This document shows, one piece after another, positions 13,088 through 23,037 of a stretch of DNA of 64,000 bases. The translations under genes were made by a program, and so were the position numbers. The notes under the pieces were generated by a model, which was given only the letters and a program-made list of their open reading frames with translations, ran no database searches and had not been told where the DNA came from. Position 1 is the first letter of the stretch; every line of letters begins with the position of its first letter. Source of the stretch: an uncultured Solirubrobacterales bacterium (GTDB lineage: Bacteria > Actinomycetota > Thermoleophilia > Solirubrobacterales > Solirubrobacteraceae); the NCBI GenBank assembly GCA_963697655.1, contig CAVOOV010000014.1:38118-102117 (forward strand), in the 5' to 3' direction.

Positions 13088-13855
13088 CTACCGAGGCGGC
13101 ATTCTCAGTGCGCCGTCGAGCCGGATCACCTCGCCGTTGAGCATCTCGTTCTCGACGATGTGCGCAACGAGCGCGGCAAACTCCTCCGGGCGCCCGAACC
13201 GCGACGGGAACGGGACGACCTTGCCGAGCGCCTCGCGGGCATCCTGCGGAAGGTTGCCCAGCAGCGGCGTGTCGAACGTGCCCGGCGCGATCGCGCATAC
13301 GCGGATGCCGGCGGAGGAGAGGTCGCGCGCCGCCGGCAGGGTCATGCTGACGATCCCGCCCTTCGAGGCCGAGTAGGCGATCTGGCCGATCTGGCCGTCA
13401 TAGGCCGCGATCGAGGCGGTGTTGACGCACACGCCCCGTTCGCCGGACTGCGTCGGCTCGGTCTCGAGCATCGCCGCGGCCGCGAGTCGCATGACGTTGA
13501 ACGTCCCGATCAGGTTGACGCGGATGACGGTCTCGAACGGCTCGAGCGCGTGCGCCCCGCTCCTGCCGACGACGCGGCCGGCCCAGCCGATGCCGGCGCA
13601 CGAGACCGCGATCCGGAGTGTGACCGGCTGCGCGGTGGCGACGGCCACGACCTCCTGAACCGCGACCTCATCGGTGACATCGGTGGGCACGAACGTGGCG
13701 CGGTCGCCGAGCTCGCTCGCGAGCGCCTGGCCGCGATCCTCGTTCATGTCCGCGATCACGACGTGGGCGCCGCCGGAGTGCAGCCGTCGGACCGTGGCCT
13801 CGCCGAGACCCGAGGCGCCGCCGCCGACGATCGCGCCGCTGCCGTCGATCTGCAT
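13088..13855 (-). CDS. SDR oxidoreductase, HSD10/3-hydroxyacyl-CoA dehydrogenase type
   Basis: [27 protein letters not shown]. Confidence 0.93.
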   Translation of the reverse strand: MQIDGSGAIVGGGASGLGEATVRRLHSGGAHVVIADMNEDRGQALASELGDRATFVPTDVTDEVAVQEVVAVATAQPVTLRIAVSCAGIGWAGRVVGRSGAHALEPFETVIRVNLIGTFNVMRLAAAAMLETEPTQSGERGVCVNTASIAAYDGQIGQIAYSASKGGIVSMTLPAARDLSSAGIRVCAIAPGTFDTPLLGNLPQDAREALGKVVPFPSRFGRPEEFAALVAHIVENEMLNGEVIRLDGALRMPPR

Positions 13856-13865
13856 GGCGGGAACC

Positions 13866-14858
13866 CTACTGGCGCGCGGCCAGCGACAGCGCGAACAGCT
13901 CGTCGGCGTCCGTGTACCAGGAGTCGAGCCGCAGGCCGGCGGCGTCGAAGTCCTCCTCGACACGTGCGCGCGTGAACTTCGCGCTGATCTCGGTCCGGAG
14001 CTCCTCGCCGGCGGCGAAGTCGACCCGCAGGCCGAGGTCTCCGACGAGTACGCTGCAGGCCCGCTGGGAGCGAAGGCGCATCTCGACCCACTCGTGTTTG
14101 CGGTCGAAGAACGCGATGTGGTCGAACCCTTCGGGCGCGAAGTCGGCGTCGAGCTCGCGGTTGATCACGTGCAGTACGTTGCGATTGAACTCGGCGGTGA
14201 CGCCCTCGGAGTCGTCGTAGGCGGCTTCGATCACCGGCGGGTCCTTGACCAGGTCGGTGCCGAGCAGGAGCCGGTCGTCGGGGCCGAGCAGTCTGCCGAT
14301 CTCGCGTAGCAGGCGCCGGCGCGTGCCGGGCAGGAAGTTTCCGATCGTGCCGCCGAGCAGGGCGACGATCCGCGGCGTCCCGTCGGCGTCCGGGACCTGG
14401 GAGAGATGGCGCTCGAAGTCGCCGATCACGCCGTGGACGGTGAGGCCGTCGAACTCGTCCACGAGCTCCTGGGCCGCCGCCTCGAGCGCGCTCTCGGACA
14501 CGTCGAGCGGGACGTAGCGGCGCAACGTTCCGGCTCGCGCCATCGCACTGAGCAGGATCCGCGCCTTCTCCGCCGAGCCCGAGCCGAGCTCGACGAGCTC
14601 GCCGGCGCGGGTCCGGCGGACGATCCCGTCGGCGCGCGCGAGCAGGATCTCGCGCTCGGCGCGAGTCGGGTAGTACTCGGGCAGCTCGCAGATCCGCTCG
14701 AACAGCTCCGAGCCGCGAGCGTCGTAGAAGTGCTTGGCCGGGATCTCCTTGAACGGGCGGGTCAGCCCGTCGAGCACGTCGTTGGCCAGCGAGCGCTCGT
14801 CGGTCTCCGACAGGAACGACTCGATCCTGATGTCGCCGCTCTGAGTCAGCGGCTTCAT
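13866..14858 (-). CDS. egtD: L-histidine N-alpha-trimethyltransferase
   Basis: [43 protein letters not shown]; start could be 14918. Confidence 0.95.
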   Translation of the reverse strand: MKPLTQSGDIRIESFLSETDERSLANDVLDGLTRPFKEIPAKHFYDARGSELFERICELPEYYPTRAEREILLARADGIVRRTRAGELVELGSGSAEKARILLSAMARAGTLRRYVPLDVSESALEAAAQELVDEFDGLTVHGVIGDFERHLSQVPDADGTPRIVALLGGTIGNFLPGTRRRLLREIGRLLGPDDRLLLGTDLVKDPPVIEAAYDDSEGVTAEFNRNVLHVINRELDADFAPEGFDHIAFFDRKHEWVEMRLRSQRACSVLVGDLGLRVDFAAGEELRTEISAKFTRARVEEDFDAAGLRLDSWYTDADELFALSLAARQ

Positions 14859-14901
14859 GCGTCTCTCGCGATCCGGAAGCTGCGGCATCGGGCCACGAAC
14901 T

Positions 14902-16218
14902 TCATGTGTCTCTCGCAATTCTGATGCCGGAGAAGATCTGGCGTCGCTGCGGGTGGTCCCAGTTGCGGAAGGTGGGGGTGGCGACGCGGGTCCGCGTCGC
15001 CCACGAGCCGCCGCGGAGCACCCGATAGTCGCCTCCGAAGAACACCTCGGAGTACTCCCTGTACGGGTGCGCGACGAATCCGGAGTAGCCGTCGAACCGG
15101 CTGCTCGTCCACTCCCACGTGTCGCCGATCATCCCGAGGCAGCCATAGGGCGAGGCGCCGTCCGGGAAGCCGCCCGCGGGGGCGGTGCCGCAGCCGCGCT
15201 GGTCGAGGTTCGCGTGCACGCCGGCAACCGGGCGCCGGCTGCCCCACGGGTAGCGCCGGGCGTGCGGGCGGGCGGGGTCTGATATCTGGTCCCAGGTCGC
15301 CGCCTTCTCCCACTCGACCTCGGTGGGGAGACGGGCGCCGTGCGCGCGAGCAAAGGCGTCGGCCTCGAACCAGGACACGTGGACCACGGGCCGGTCGGGA
15401 TGGAGCGGCTCGAGCCCGCCGAGCCGCCACTCGGCACCTAGGTCCGGCGTCCAGGCGCCGGGTCGCGTGATGTCGTACTCCTCTTTCCAGGCCCAGCCCT
15501 CGTCGGTCCACCACTCGCGGCGCTCGTACCCGCCACCCTCGACGAACGTCAGGTAGCTCGCGTTGGTGATCGGGGTCCGCCCGATCAGGTAACCGCGCAC
15601 ATCGGTGCGGTGGCGCGGGCGCTCGTTGTCGTAGGCGAACCCGTCCGCGGCGGCGCCGATCGTGCACTCGCCGGCGGCGATCTCGAGCATGTCGAGCCCG
15701 GTGGGGACCGGCCGCAGCGAATCGGGCATCGGCCGGCGCCCAGCGAGCTCGTAGCCGTCAAGCCGCGCCAGCATCAACGTCTGCAACATCGTCTCGTCGT
15801 GCTGGTGCTCGTGGCCGAGCACCATCTCGTGCAGGACGCCGTCGCCCACGCCGCGCTCGTCGATCACCTCGAGCGTTCTGGCCCGAACCTCGTCGAGGTA
15901 CTCACGGGCCTCGGCCGGACGCAGCAGCGGAAGGTCACCCCGGACCGCGCGCGGAGTCTCGAAGGCGTCGTACATCGCCGCGAGGTCCTCGCGCAGAAGC
16001 GGCCGTTCGCCGTAGCGATGCACGAGCCACAAATCCTCGTAGGCGGCGATGTGCGCGAGGTCCCAGACCAGCGGGCTCATCAATTCGGAATGGACACGCT
16101 CGAGGTCGGCGTCCGACACCGATGAAACCAGCGCGAACGTCCGCCGGCGGGCCTCCTGAAGCGCTTCGACGGTTCGCGTCGCAGTCAGAGGCGCCGTGGC
16201 TGCGATCGAGGCGGTCAC
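14902..16218 (-). CDS. egtB: Ergothioneine sulfoxide synthase
   Basis: DinB domain (WDLAHI, HEHQHDETM) plus FGE-like domain (RLPTEVEWEKAA, RGGSW, FRNWD..QRRQIFSG); adjacent to egtD. Confidence 0.92.
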   Translation of the reverse strand: MTASIAATAPLTATRTVEALQEARRRTFALVSSVSDADLERVHSELMSPLVWDLAHIAAYEDLWLVHRYGERPLLREDLAAMYDAFETPRAVRGDLPLLRPAEAREYLDEVRARTLEVIDERGVGDGVLHEMVLGHEHQHDETMLQTLMLARLDGYELAGRRPMPDSLRPVPTGLDMLEIAAGECTIGAAADGFAYDNERPRHRTDVRGYLIGRTPITNASYLTFVEGGGYERREWWTDEGWAWKEEYDITRPGAWTPDLGAEWRLGGLEPLHPDRPVVHVSWFEADAFARAHGARLPTEVEWEKAATWDQISDPARPHARRYPWGSRRPVAGVHANLDQRGCGTAPAGGFPDGASPYGCLGMIGDTWEWTSSRFDGYSGFVAHPYREYSEVFFGGDYRVLRGGSWATRTRVATPTFRNWDHPQRRQIFSGIRIARDT

Positions 16219-16226
16219 TGGCCTGC

Positions 16227-16232
16227 ATTGTA
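16227..16232 (-). promoter_or_regulatory. -10 element (TACAAT) for a probably leaderless egtB transcript
   Basis: TACAAT lies 8 nt upstream of the GTG start; no SD. Confidence 0.5.
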
Positions 16233-16289
16233 GGCGCCAGTTTTATTAACTTCGGGGGAATTCCGGTGACTATCGAAAAGTAACTAGGG

Positions 16290-16370
16290 GTGAAACGGTT
16301 CACCATCCGGGGTGAAACGGTTCACAACCGAGGGTGAACCGGTTCACGAGTTTAAGGTGAAACGGTTCAG
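16290..16370. promoter_or_regulatory. Array of four 14-bp palindromes GTGAA(A/C)CGGTTCA(C/G)
   Basis: Copies start at 16290, 16312, 16334 and 16357 (spacing 22/22/23). Confidence 0.8.
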
Positions 16371-17146
16371 TGAAGCGCGTACCGTAGATAAAGCGAGCTG
16401 TCCGCTTCGATTGCCCAAACCAGCGACAGCTTGCGCAACTCGGTGAGCTCGGGTCCGCTGGTGATCCCGGGCGCTCGGCCACCGCCGGTCAGCTTGGGTG
16501 CGAGCGACAGGAACAGCTCGTCGACGAGGTCTTCCTGGAGCAGCGCGCCGAAGATCGTCGGTCCACCCTCGCACAGCAACGACCGCACGTCGTACGCCGA
16601 GCGCAGCCGGCGCATCATCGTCGTCAGCGTGAGATGGCCCGGATCGAGGCGAACCACATCGACGTCGGCGGCCAGCTCCGAGGTGTCGAGCTCCGCCGAG
16701 GTGAAGACGACGATTCGGGCGGCCGGCTCAGCGAACAGCGGGATGTCCGTCGGGACGTCGCCGCCACGGCTGAAGATGCAGGCGAGCGGCTCCGGGCTCA
16801 GGCCCGAGGCGGCCCTCCGGTGCCGGCGCTCGGGATCGCGGACGAGCCGCCCGTACCGCTCGGCACGGAGGGTCCCGGTGCCGACCAGGATCGCGTCGAC
16901 GTGCTCGCGCAGGCCGTGGAACATCTCGCGGTCGCCCGGGTCGCTGAGGTCTCGCGAGCGCCCCTCGAACGCCGCTCGCCCGTCGGCGCTCGAGACGAAG
17001 TTGGCGACGGTGTACGGCCGGTCGGCGTGCGCGCGGCCGCCGAGACTGAGCGACGCGAGCAATTCGCCGGTGCGTACCGTCCCGGGCTCGGGCACGAGCT
17101 GCCGGAGCTCGGGGCCGCGCGCGGACGACGACGGCGAGGGGGTCAC
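16367..17146 (-). CDS. RibD C-terminal domain (DHFR-fold) reductase
   Basis: NFVSSADG, ILVGTGTLRAE, LLCEGGP, VDELFLSLAP. Confidence 0.9.
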   Translation of the reverse strand: MTPSPSSSARGPELRQLVPEPGTVRTGELLASLSLGGRAHADRPYTVANFVSSADGRAAFEGRSRDLSDPGDREMFHGLREHVDAILVGTGTLRAERYGRLVRDPERRHRRAASGLSPEPLACIFSRGGDVPTDIPLFAEPAARIVVFTSAELDTSELAADVDVVRLDPGHLTLTTMMRRLRSAYDVRSLLCEGGPTIFGALLQEDLVDELFLSLAPKLTGGGRAPGITSGPELTELRKLSLVWAIEADSSLYLRYALH

Positions 17147-17216
17147 GATGGCGAACCTATCAGCAGGGTGATAAACAGACAGCGCTGAGGCCAAGCCCGC
17201 GCCCGAGGGAGGGAGC

Positions 17217-18548
17217 ATGCTCGACTGCACCTATCGCGTCCAGATCCCACACCACGCCGGGCAGCTCGCGCGCGTCGCACAGGCGATCGCCGATGGCGAG
17301 GGCCTGATCGGCGACGTCGTCACCGTCTCGCTCGGTCGCGAGCACTCGATCAGGGAGATCACGGTCGAGGTGCGGGACGTCCCGCAGTCCGACCGGATCG
17401 CCGAGCTGGTGGGCGAGCTCCACGATGTGAAGGTCCTGTGGCACGAGGATCGCGCGCTGCTCCGCCACCTCGGCGGCAAGCTCCGGATCAATGCGCGCCA
17501 GACCGTGCGGACGGTCCAGGAGATGCGCGATGTGTACACGCCCGGGGTCGCGCGCGTGTGCACGGCGATCGCCGAGCAGCCCGAGCTCGCCGCGCGCTAC
17601 ACGATGATCTCGGAGAGCGTCGCGATCTGTACAAACGGGACGCGGGTGCTCGGGCTCGGGAACATCGGACCGGTCGCGTCGATGCCCGTGATGGAGGGCA
17701 AGGCGGTGTTCTACGACCAGTTCGTCGGGATCTCGGCGATGCCGATCCTGATCGACGCGAACGACGTCGACACGTTCGTCAACACCGTGCTGCGGATCGC
17801 GCCGACGTTCGGCGGGATCCACCTCGAGGACATCTCCGCCCCCGAGTGCTTCGAGATCGAGCGGCGGCTGAAGGACGAGCTGCCCCAGCCGGTCATGCAC
17901 GACGACGTCCACGGCACCGCCGTGGTGTCGCTCGCGGCGGCGATGGTCGCCTGCCGTTACGCCGGCATCGAGTTACAGTCGGCCACGGTCGGCCAGCTCG
18001 GCCTCGGCGCCGCCGGGTACGGGATCGCGGCGCTGATGGTCGACGCGGGCGTGCGGCGCGTGCTCGCGTTCGATCCGATCGAGGCGTCCCACGCGCGGGC
18101 GCGCGAGCACGGGGTCGAGATCAGCTCGATGGAGCGGGTGATGGCGGAGGCGGACGTGGTCGTGGCGACGACCGGCCGGGCGGGGCTGATCCAGCCGGAG
18201 ATGATCCGCGCGGGCCAGGTGATCCTCGCTCTCACCAACCCCGACCCCGAGATCGACCCCGAGGCGGCGGAGGCCGCCGGCGCGGCGTTCGCCGCCGACG
18301 GCCGCAGCGTCAACAACGTGCTCGGCTACCCCGGCATCTTCCGTGGCGCGCTCCAGGCGGGGGCGGCCGGCATCAACGTGGCGATGAAGCTCGCCGCCGC
18401 CGACGCGATCGCCGCGCTCGCCAAGGACGGGGAGCTCGTCCCCAACGTGCTCGACAAGAGCGTGCACGAGGCGGTCTCGGCGGCCGTCAAGGACGCGGCC
18501 GAGCGCAGCGGAATCGCGCGTCCCGAGCGGGCGACCAGCGACCTCTGA
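17217..18548 (+). CDS. ACT-domain malic enzyme
   Basis: YTPGVA, LGLGNIG, VMEGKA, LEDIS, HDDVHGT, NNVLGYPGIFRGAL. Confidence 0.93.
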   Translation: MLDCTYRVQIPHHAGQLARVAQAIADGEGLIGDVVTVSLGREHSIREITVEVRDVPQSDRIAELVGELHDVKVLWHEDRALLRHLGGKLRINARQTVRTVQEMRDVYTPGVARVCTAIAEQPELAARYTMISESVAICTNGTRVLGLGNIGPVASMPVMEGKAVFYDQFVGISAMPILIDANDVDTFVNTVLRIAPTFGGIHLEDISAPECFEIERRLKDELPQPVMHDDVHGTAVVSLAAAMVACRYAGIELQSATVGQLGLGAAGYGIAALMVDAGVRRVLAFDPIEASHARAREHGVEISSMERVMAEADVVVATTGRAGLIQPEMIRAGQVILALTNPDPEIDPEAAEAAGAAFAADGRSVNNVLGYPGIFRGALQAGAAGINVAMKLAAADAIAALAKDGELVPNVLDKSVHEAVSAAVKDAAERSGIARPERATSDL

Positions 18549-18603
18549 GCGGCGGCCCCGTGCTGCGCCGGGTGGGCGGCAAACCGGTTAGGCTGCCCGA
18601 CCG

Positions 18604-19065
18604 ATGGACTTCAGGCAGCTCGACCGCGGGGAACTGATCGCGGTTCTAGGCGGGGCCATTTTGGGCCTATCGGTATTCCTGGCGTGGTACACGCTGGGCG
18701 ACAAGTTCACCGTGCCTGGCAATTGCCGGGGCCCGGGCAGCTCGTGCTCGGCGTGGAACTCGTTGATGGTCATCCGCTTCCTGCTGCTGGTCGCGGCGAT
18801 CGCGCCCGCGATCCTCGCCTGGATCATCCTGCGCGGGCACGCACTGTCGTGGCCGCGAGGGGAGATGACCGCGATCATCGCGATCTGGGCCCTCGGGTTC
18901 ACGCTGTTCCGCGGACTGGTCGACAAGCCGGGGACGCCGCCCGGTGAGATCGGCATCAGCGCCGGCTGGTGGATCGGCCTGGCGGGTGGCGTGCTGATCC
19001 TGATCGGGTCGGTCGCGAGGACGAAGGAGAGCATGACCACCCGCAAACCACCGGGGCTGCCATGA
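18604..19065 (+). CDS. Hypothetical four-TM membrane protein
   Basis: Hydrophobic segments, coding-like codon usage, ATGA overlap with glpX. Confidence 0.8.
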   Translation: MDFRQLDRGELIAVLGGAILGLSVFLAWYTLGDKFTVPGNCRGPGSSCSAWNSLMVIRFLLLVAAIAPAILAWIILRGHALSWPRGEMTAIIAIWALGFTLFRGLVDKPGTPPGEIGISAGWWIGLAGGVLILIGSVARTKESMTTRKPPGLP

Positions 19066-20066
19066 ACCAGAACCAGGAACCCGCACGGCCGGACCGGAAC
19101 CTCGCGCTCGAGTTGGTCCGCGTGACCGAGGCGGCGGCGTTGGCCGCGGCACGGATGGTCGGGCGCGGCGACAAGGAGGGTGCCGACCAGGCCGCGGTCG
19201 ACGCCATGCGCCACGTCCTCGACTCGGTGTCGATGGACGGCGTGGTCGTGATCGGCGAGGGCGAGAAGGACAAGGCGCCGATGCTGTTCAACGGGGAGGA
19301 GATCGGCGACGGGACGCCGCCGCTCGTGGACGTCGCAGTGGATCCGCTCGAGGGGACGCGCCTGACCGCGCTCGGGATGCCGAGCGCGCTATCGGTGATC
19401 GCGCTGGCCGAGCGCGGGTCGATGTTCAACCCCGGCCCGATCGTGTACATGGAGAAGATCGCCGGCGGCCCCGAGATCGCCGATCTGCTCGATCTCGACC
19501 GCCCGCTCCCCGAGACGCTCGGGCTGATCGCCGAGCGCAAGAAGATCGACATCCGCGACGTGATGGTGGTAATGCTCGACCGCGAGCGCCATCACGCGGC
19601 GATGGACCAGATCCGCGACGCGGGCGCGCGCGTCAGGCTGATCCTCGACGGCGACGTGTCGGCGGCACTGCTCGCGGTCAGCGACAACACGCCGGTCGAC
19701 ATCCTGTGGGGGATCGGCGGGACGCCGGAGGGCGTGATCACCGCGGCCGCGATCAAGTGCATCGGCGGTGAGCTCAAGGGGCGGCTGTGGCCGCGCGACG
19801 ACGATGAGCGGAACGCCGCGATCGCGGCCGGCTACGACCTTTCGAAGATCTTGAGCTGCGACGACCTCGTGGCCGGCGAGGACGTGTTCTTCTCGGCCAC
19901 CGGAGTCACCGACGGCGACGTGCTCCAGGGGGTTCGCTATCAGGGCGACCGGGGCGCGACGACCGAATCGCTCGTGATGCGCTCCCGGTCGGGCACCGTC
20001 CGGCGGGTGTCGGCACGCCACGACCGGGCCAAACTGCGGGCGCTGACCGGCGTCCGCTACGGATAG
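19062..20066 (+). CDS. glpX: Class II fructose-1,6-bisphosphatase
   Basis: DRNLALELVRVTE, VIGEGEKD, VDPLEGT, GIGGTPEGV. Confidence 0.97.
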   Translation: MNQNQEPARPDRNLALELVRVTEAAALAAARMVGRGDKEGADQAAVDAMRHVLDSVSMDGVVVIGEGEKDKAPMLFNGEEIGDGTPPLVDVAVDPLEGTRLTALGMPSALSVIALAERGSMFNPGPIVYMEKIAGGPEIADLLDLDRPLPETLGLIAERKKIDIRDVMVVMLDRERHHAAMDQIRDAGARVRLILDGDVSAALLAVSDNTPVDILWGIGGTPEGVITAAAIKCIGGELKGRLWPRDDDERNAAIAAGYDLSKILSCDDLVAGEDVFFSATGVTDGDVLQGVRYQGDRGATTESLVMRSRSGTVRRVSARHDRAKLRALTGVRYG

Positions 20067-20081
20067 CGGGCCGCCGAAGCG

Positions 20082-20813
20082 TCAATGGTCCCGGAACTGG
20101 CGGGCGCGCTCGATCGCGGCGCGTCCGGCGGCGACGCCCGCGGCGCGGCCGGCGGCGAAGCGGCCGACCTTCGACTCGGCCAGGTTGAGCTGGGCGAGCG
20201 AGCGCAGGAATGCGTGTGTGACCAGCACGTGGATCGAGGACTGGGTCGCCTCGTACACGGGCGTGCTGAACCCCACCGCGATCGCCGGGTAGAAGTTCGC
20301 CACCTCGACCTCGATACGGAGCTTCACGCGCCCGTCGGGCTCGCGGCCGATGCGGCTCACGTCGAGCGACAGGAAGCCGCAGCCCCGGCCGGCGCGCGCG
20401 ACGAGCAGGCCGTCCCGGATCCGCCAGCGGACGACGCCGCGCTCGCGCTCGAGCACGTACTCCGGCGCGTCGAACCGAAGCAGCGTCAGCGGCCGGCCGA
20501 GGAACACCACCGAGCGCTCGTTCTCCCCGTACACCACGCGGATCGTCCAGGCGGTCACGCGCGAGAGGAACAGCCAGTAGGTGCGGGCCAGGTTCTCGAG
20601 GTTGGTGGCGTTCCACATCCGCTTCCAGTCCTGCTCGGCGAGCGTCAGCTCGGCCGACTGGAGTGAGCGGACCGCGCCGTCGCGGGCGATCACGGTCGAC
20701 TTCGGCGGCGACACGATCACCGCGCGAGCGGGCAGCCGGTCCGGCCGCCGACGCCACCGCCGCGAAGCCACCAACGCGGTGAGAACTGCTAGGACCGCGG
20801 CGAACAGAGCCAC
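20082..20813 (-). CDS. Hypothetical protein
   Basis: Protein-like ORF directly downstream of moeA. Confidence 0.7.
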   Translation of the reverse strand: MALFAAVLAVLTALVASRRWRRRPDRLPARAVIVSPPKSTVIARDGAVRSLQSAELTLAEQDWKRMWNATNLENLARTYWLFLSRVTAWTIRVVYGENERSVVFLGRPLTLLRFDAPEYVLERERGVVRWRIRDGLLVARAGRGCGFLSLDVSRIGREPDGRVKLRIEVEVANFYPAIAVGFSTPVYEATQSSIHVLVTHAFLRSLAQLNLAESKVGRFAAGRAAGVAAGRAAIERARQFRDH

Positions 20814-20825
20814 GGCGGGATTGTC

Positions 20826-22028
20826 TCAGCGCGGAAGGCGCTCGAGCGCCACTGCCGCGCCGGCCTCCAGCTGGCCCTCGCCGGCGGGGACGAACGCGAG
20901 CGCGTCCGCTCCGAGCAGCGAGGTCACGATATGGGACCCCTGTGGCCCGGTGGGCATGGCCACGAGCTGTCCGTTGCGGCGCTCGAGGCGCACGCGCACC
21001 GCCTGCTCGCGATCGGGATTGCGGCGAACCGAGGTCCCGAGCACCGCCTCGGGCTCGAGCAGAGGCTCCTCGGTGCGCCCCTGGAGGGCGGCCAGCGCCG
21101 GGCGCACGAACAGCGAGAACGTCACGACGGCGGAGACGGGGTTGCCGGGCAGGCCGAACACGAGGACCGCTCCCCGTCGGCCGAACCAGGTCGGCTTGCC
21201 CGGTTGGAGGGCGACGCGCCAGAACAGCTCCTCGACGCCGAGCTCGGCGAGCGCCGCCTTGACGTGGTCGTGCGGCCCGACCGACACACCGCCCGAGATG
21301 ATCACGACGTCGGCGGTCTCGAGCGCCGACGCGAGCCCGGCCTCGGTGGCCGCGCGGTCGTCGGGGAGTCGCTGCGCCGCCCCCACGATCGCGCCCTCGG
21401 CGGCGGCGAGCGCATCGAGCATCGGGGCGTTCGAATTGTGGATCTCGCCCGGGCCGAGCGGCTCGCCGGGTGCGCGGAGCTCGTCGCCCGTGCACAGGAC
21501 CTGTGCCCTCGGGCGCCGGTGGACGGTCAGCTCGGCCGCGCCCGCGGAGACCGCCGCCCCGAGGTCGGCGGCGCCGAGCAGCTTGCCGGCGCGCAGCACG
21601 GCCTCGCCCGAGCGCATGTCCTCTCCGGCCCCGCGCAGGTGATCGCCGAAGGCGACCTCAGCCTGGGTGAGGATCGTGCCGTTGCGGACCTCGACGTTCT
21701 CCTGGGGGATCACCGCGGTGGCGCCGTCGGGGATCGCGCCGCCGGTGGAGATCCTGATCGCGCTGCCGTCGCCGAGCGCCGTCGCCGAGGGCGTCCCGGC
21801 GCGCGACTCGCCGATCACGGTCAGGGTCCGGCCGGCATCCCCGGGGACGACGGCGTAGCCGTCCATCGCCGAGCACGCGAACGGCGGCACGTCGCCGGCG
21901 GCTCTCAGGTCGACTGCGAGCACCCGATTGCGGGCCTCGTGGATGGCTACCCGCTCGGTTCCGAGCGGTCGGGCCGCGCTCAGCACCCGCTGGCGGGCCT
22001 CGGCGATCGTAATCAGCGCGGGAGGCAT
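20826..22028 (-). CDS. moeA: Molybdopterin molybdotransferase
   Basis: SAMDGYA, TGDEL, SGGVSVG, QPGKP, GLPGNPVS. Confidence 0.96.
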   Translation of the reverse strand: MPPALITIAEARQRVLSAARPLGTERVAIHEARNRVLAVDLRAAGDVPPFACSAMDGYAVVPGDAGRTLTVIGESRAGTPSATALGDGSAIRISTGGAIPDGATAVIPQENVEVRNGTILTQAEVAFGDHLRGAGEDMRSGEAVLRAGKLLGAADLGAAVSAGAAELTVHRRPRAQVLCTGDELRAPGEPLGPGEIHNSNAPMLDALAAAEGAIVGAAQRLPDDRAATEAGLASALETADVVIISGGVSVGPHDHVKAALAELGVEELFWRVALQPGKPTWFGRRGAVLVFGLPGNPVSAVVTFSLFVRPALAALQGRTEEPLLEPEAVLGTSVRRNPDREQAVRVRLERRNGQLVAMPTGPQGSHIVTSLLGADALAFVPAGEGQLEAGAAVALERLPR

Positions 22029-22086
22029 CGCGTCATTTTGGCGGACAACTGCGATCGGTTGACGTTAATGCGAATGGACTGGGTGG

Positions 22087-23031
22087 ATGCGTGGTAAAAG
22101 TGCCTGGATGGAGCGGGGTGTGCCACGCCGTAGGCGACCAGGGCCGGTCGTGACCGAAGGAGTGCAAGCGCTGCTGCTGCGTGGCGAGGAGCTCGCCAAG
22201 GGCTGGCTGCTTGCGCTGGTCGAGGATGCGCCGCTCGAGTCGGCGGCGGCGATCATGGCCGGCGACGTCGCGCGCGACGGCCCACGCATCTGCGACGCCG
22301 TGGTTCGCGCGATCTACGACGAGGCGGACCTGCGGCGGATCGAGCCCGGTGGCGTACTCGAGCCGCTCATGTCTCGCGCCGGCGAGCCCGCCGGCGTGCG
22401 CAGCGCCGAGACCGCCGCCCGTGCCGTTGAGGCGCTCCGGAGCGTCATCTGGAGCGCTCTGCGCATCGAGTTGGCGCGGACCGACCCCGACATGCTCGCC
22501 GACGCCGGCGAGCGACTGTCGCTGGTCGCCGATTTCGTGCGCGCCGCCGTTTTGCGCCGGCGTGCCGACGGCGAGCCGCGACCAAGCGTTCCGCCGCTCC
22601 GGGTCGCGCGAACCGACCTCCCAGTCGCGCCGCGCGAGGGGCGGGTCGGAGTCGGCCGCCCGGAGCGCCGCGGGGAGGAGAGCGCGACGCCGGGGCTTGC
22701 GGGTACGGGGGGACCGGTTGAGGCTGGCGGTGGCGCAGGCGGGGGTTTCGAGAACGGCGGCGTGACGGAACGCACGGACGGCGCCGCCGCCCAGGCGCTC
22801 GGATCCCGGATCGTCATGGCTGTGCCGATGGAGGAGCCCTGGCGCGGCGCTCCGCTGACGGTGAGCGTCGGGCTTGCGGTGCTCGGCGAGGACGGCCACA
22901 ACGCGGCGGCGCTGATCGATGCCGCCGAGCAGGGGAGGTTCGCGGCCGAGGCGAGCGGGATCGGGATCCTCACCGGCCAGCCCGAGAATGGCGACTCCGA
23001 TCCGCCGCCCGGGCCGAGCCTGGTCAGCTGA
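22087..23031 (+). CDS. Hypothetical protein with a degenerate GGDEF-like C-terminal fragment
   Basis: LTVSVGLAV...AAALIDAAEQ resembles the end of a GGDEF domain; no GGDEF motif. Confidence 0.55.
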   Translation: MRGKSAWMERGVPRRRRPGPVVTEGVQALLLRGEELAKGWLLALVEDAPLESAAAIMAGDVARDGPRICDAVVRAIYDEADLRRIEPGGVLEPLMSRAGEPAGVRSAETAARAVEALRSVIWSALRIELARTDPDMLADAGERLSLVADFVRAAVLRRRADGEPRPSVPPLRVARTDLPVAPREGRVGVGRPERRGEESATPGLAGTGGPVEAGGGAGGGFENGGVTERTDGAAAQALGSRIVMAVPMEEPWRGAPLTVSVGLAVLGEDGHNAAALIDAAEQGRFAAEASGIGILTGQPENGDSDPPPGPSLVS

Positions 23032-23037
23032 CCGGGG

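Noticed and set aside
13866-16218. Selenoneine (senABC) pathway, given selD in the window
   Set aside because: No SenB glycosyltransferase is adjacent, selD is 26 kb away, and the motifs fit actinobacterial EgtB beside egtD
16290-16370. CRISPR array (also considered for the 8640, 42570 and 53365 repeats)
   Set aside because: Repeats and spacers are too short or spacers are absent; no cas genes
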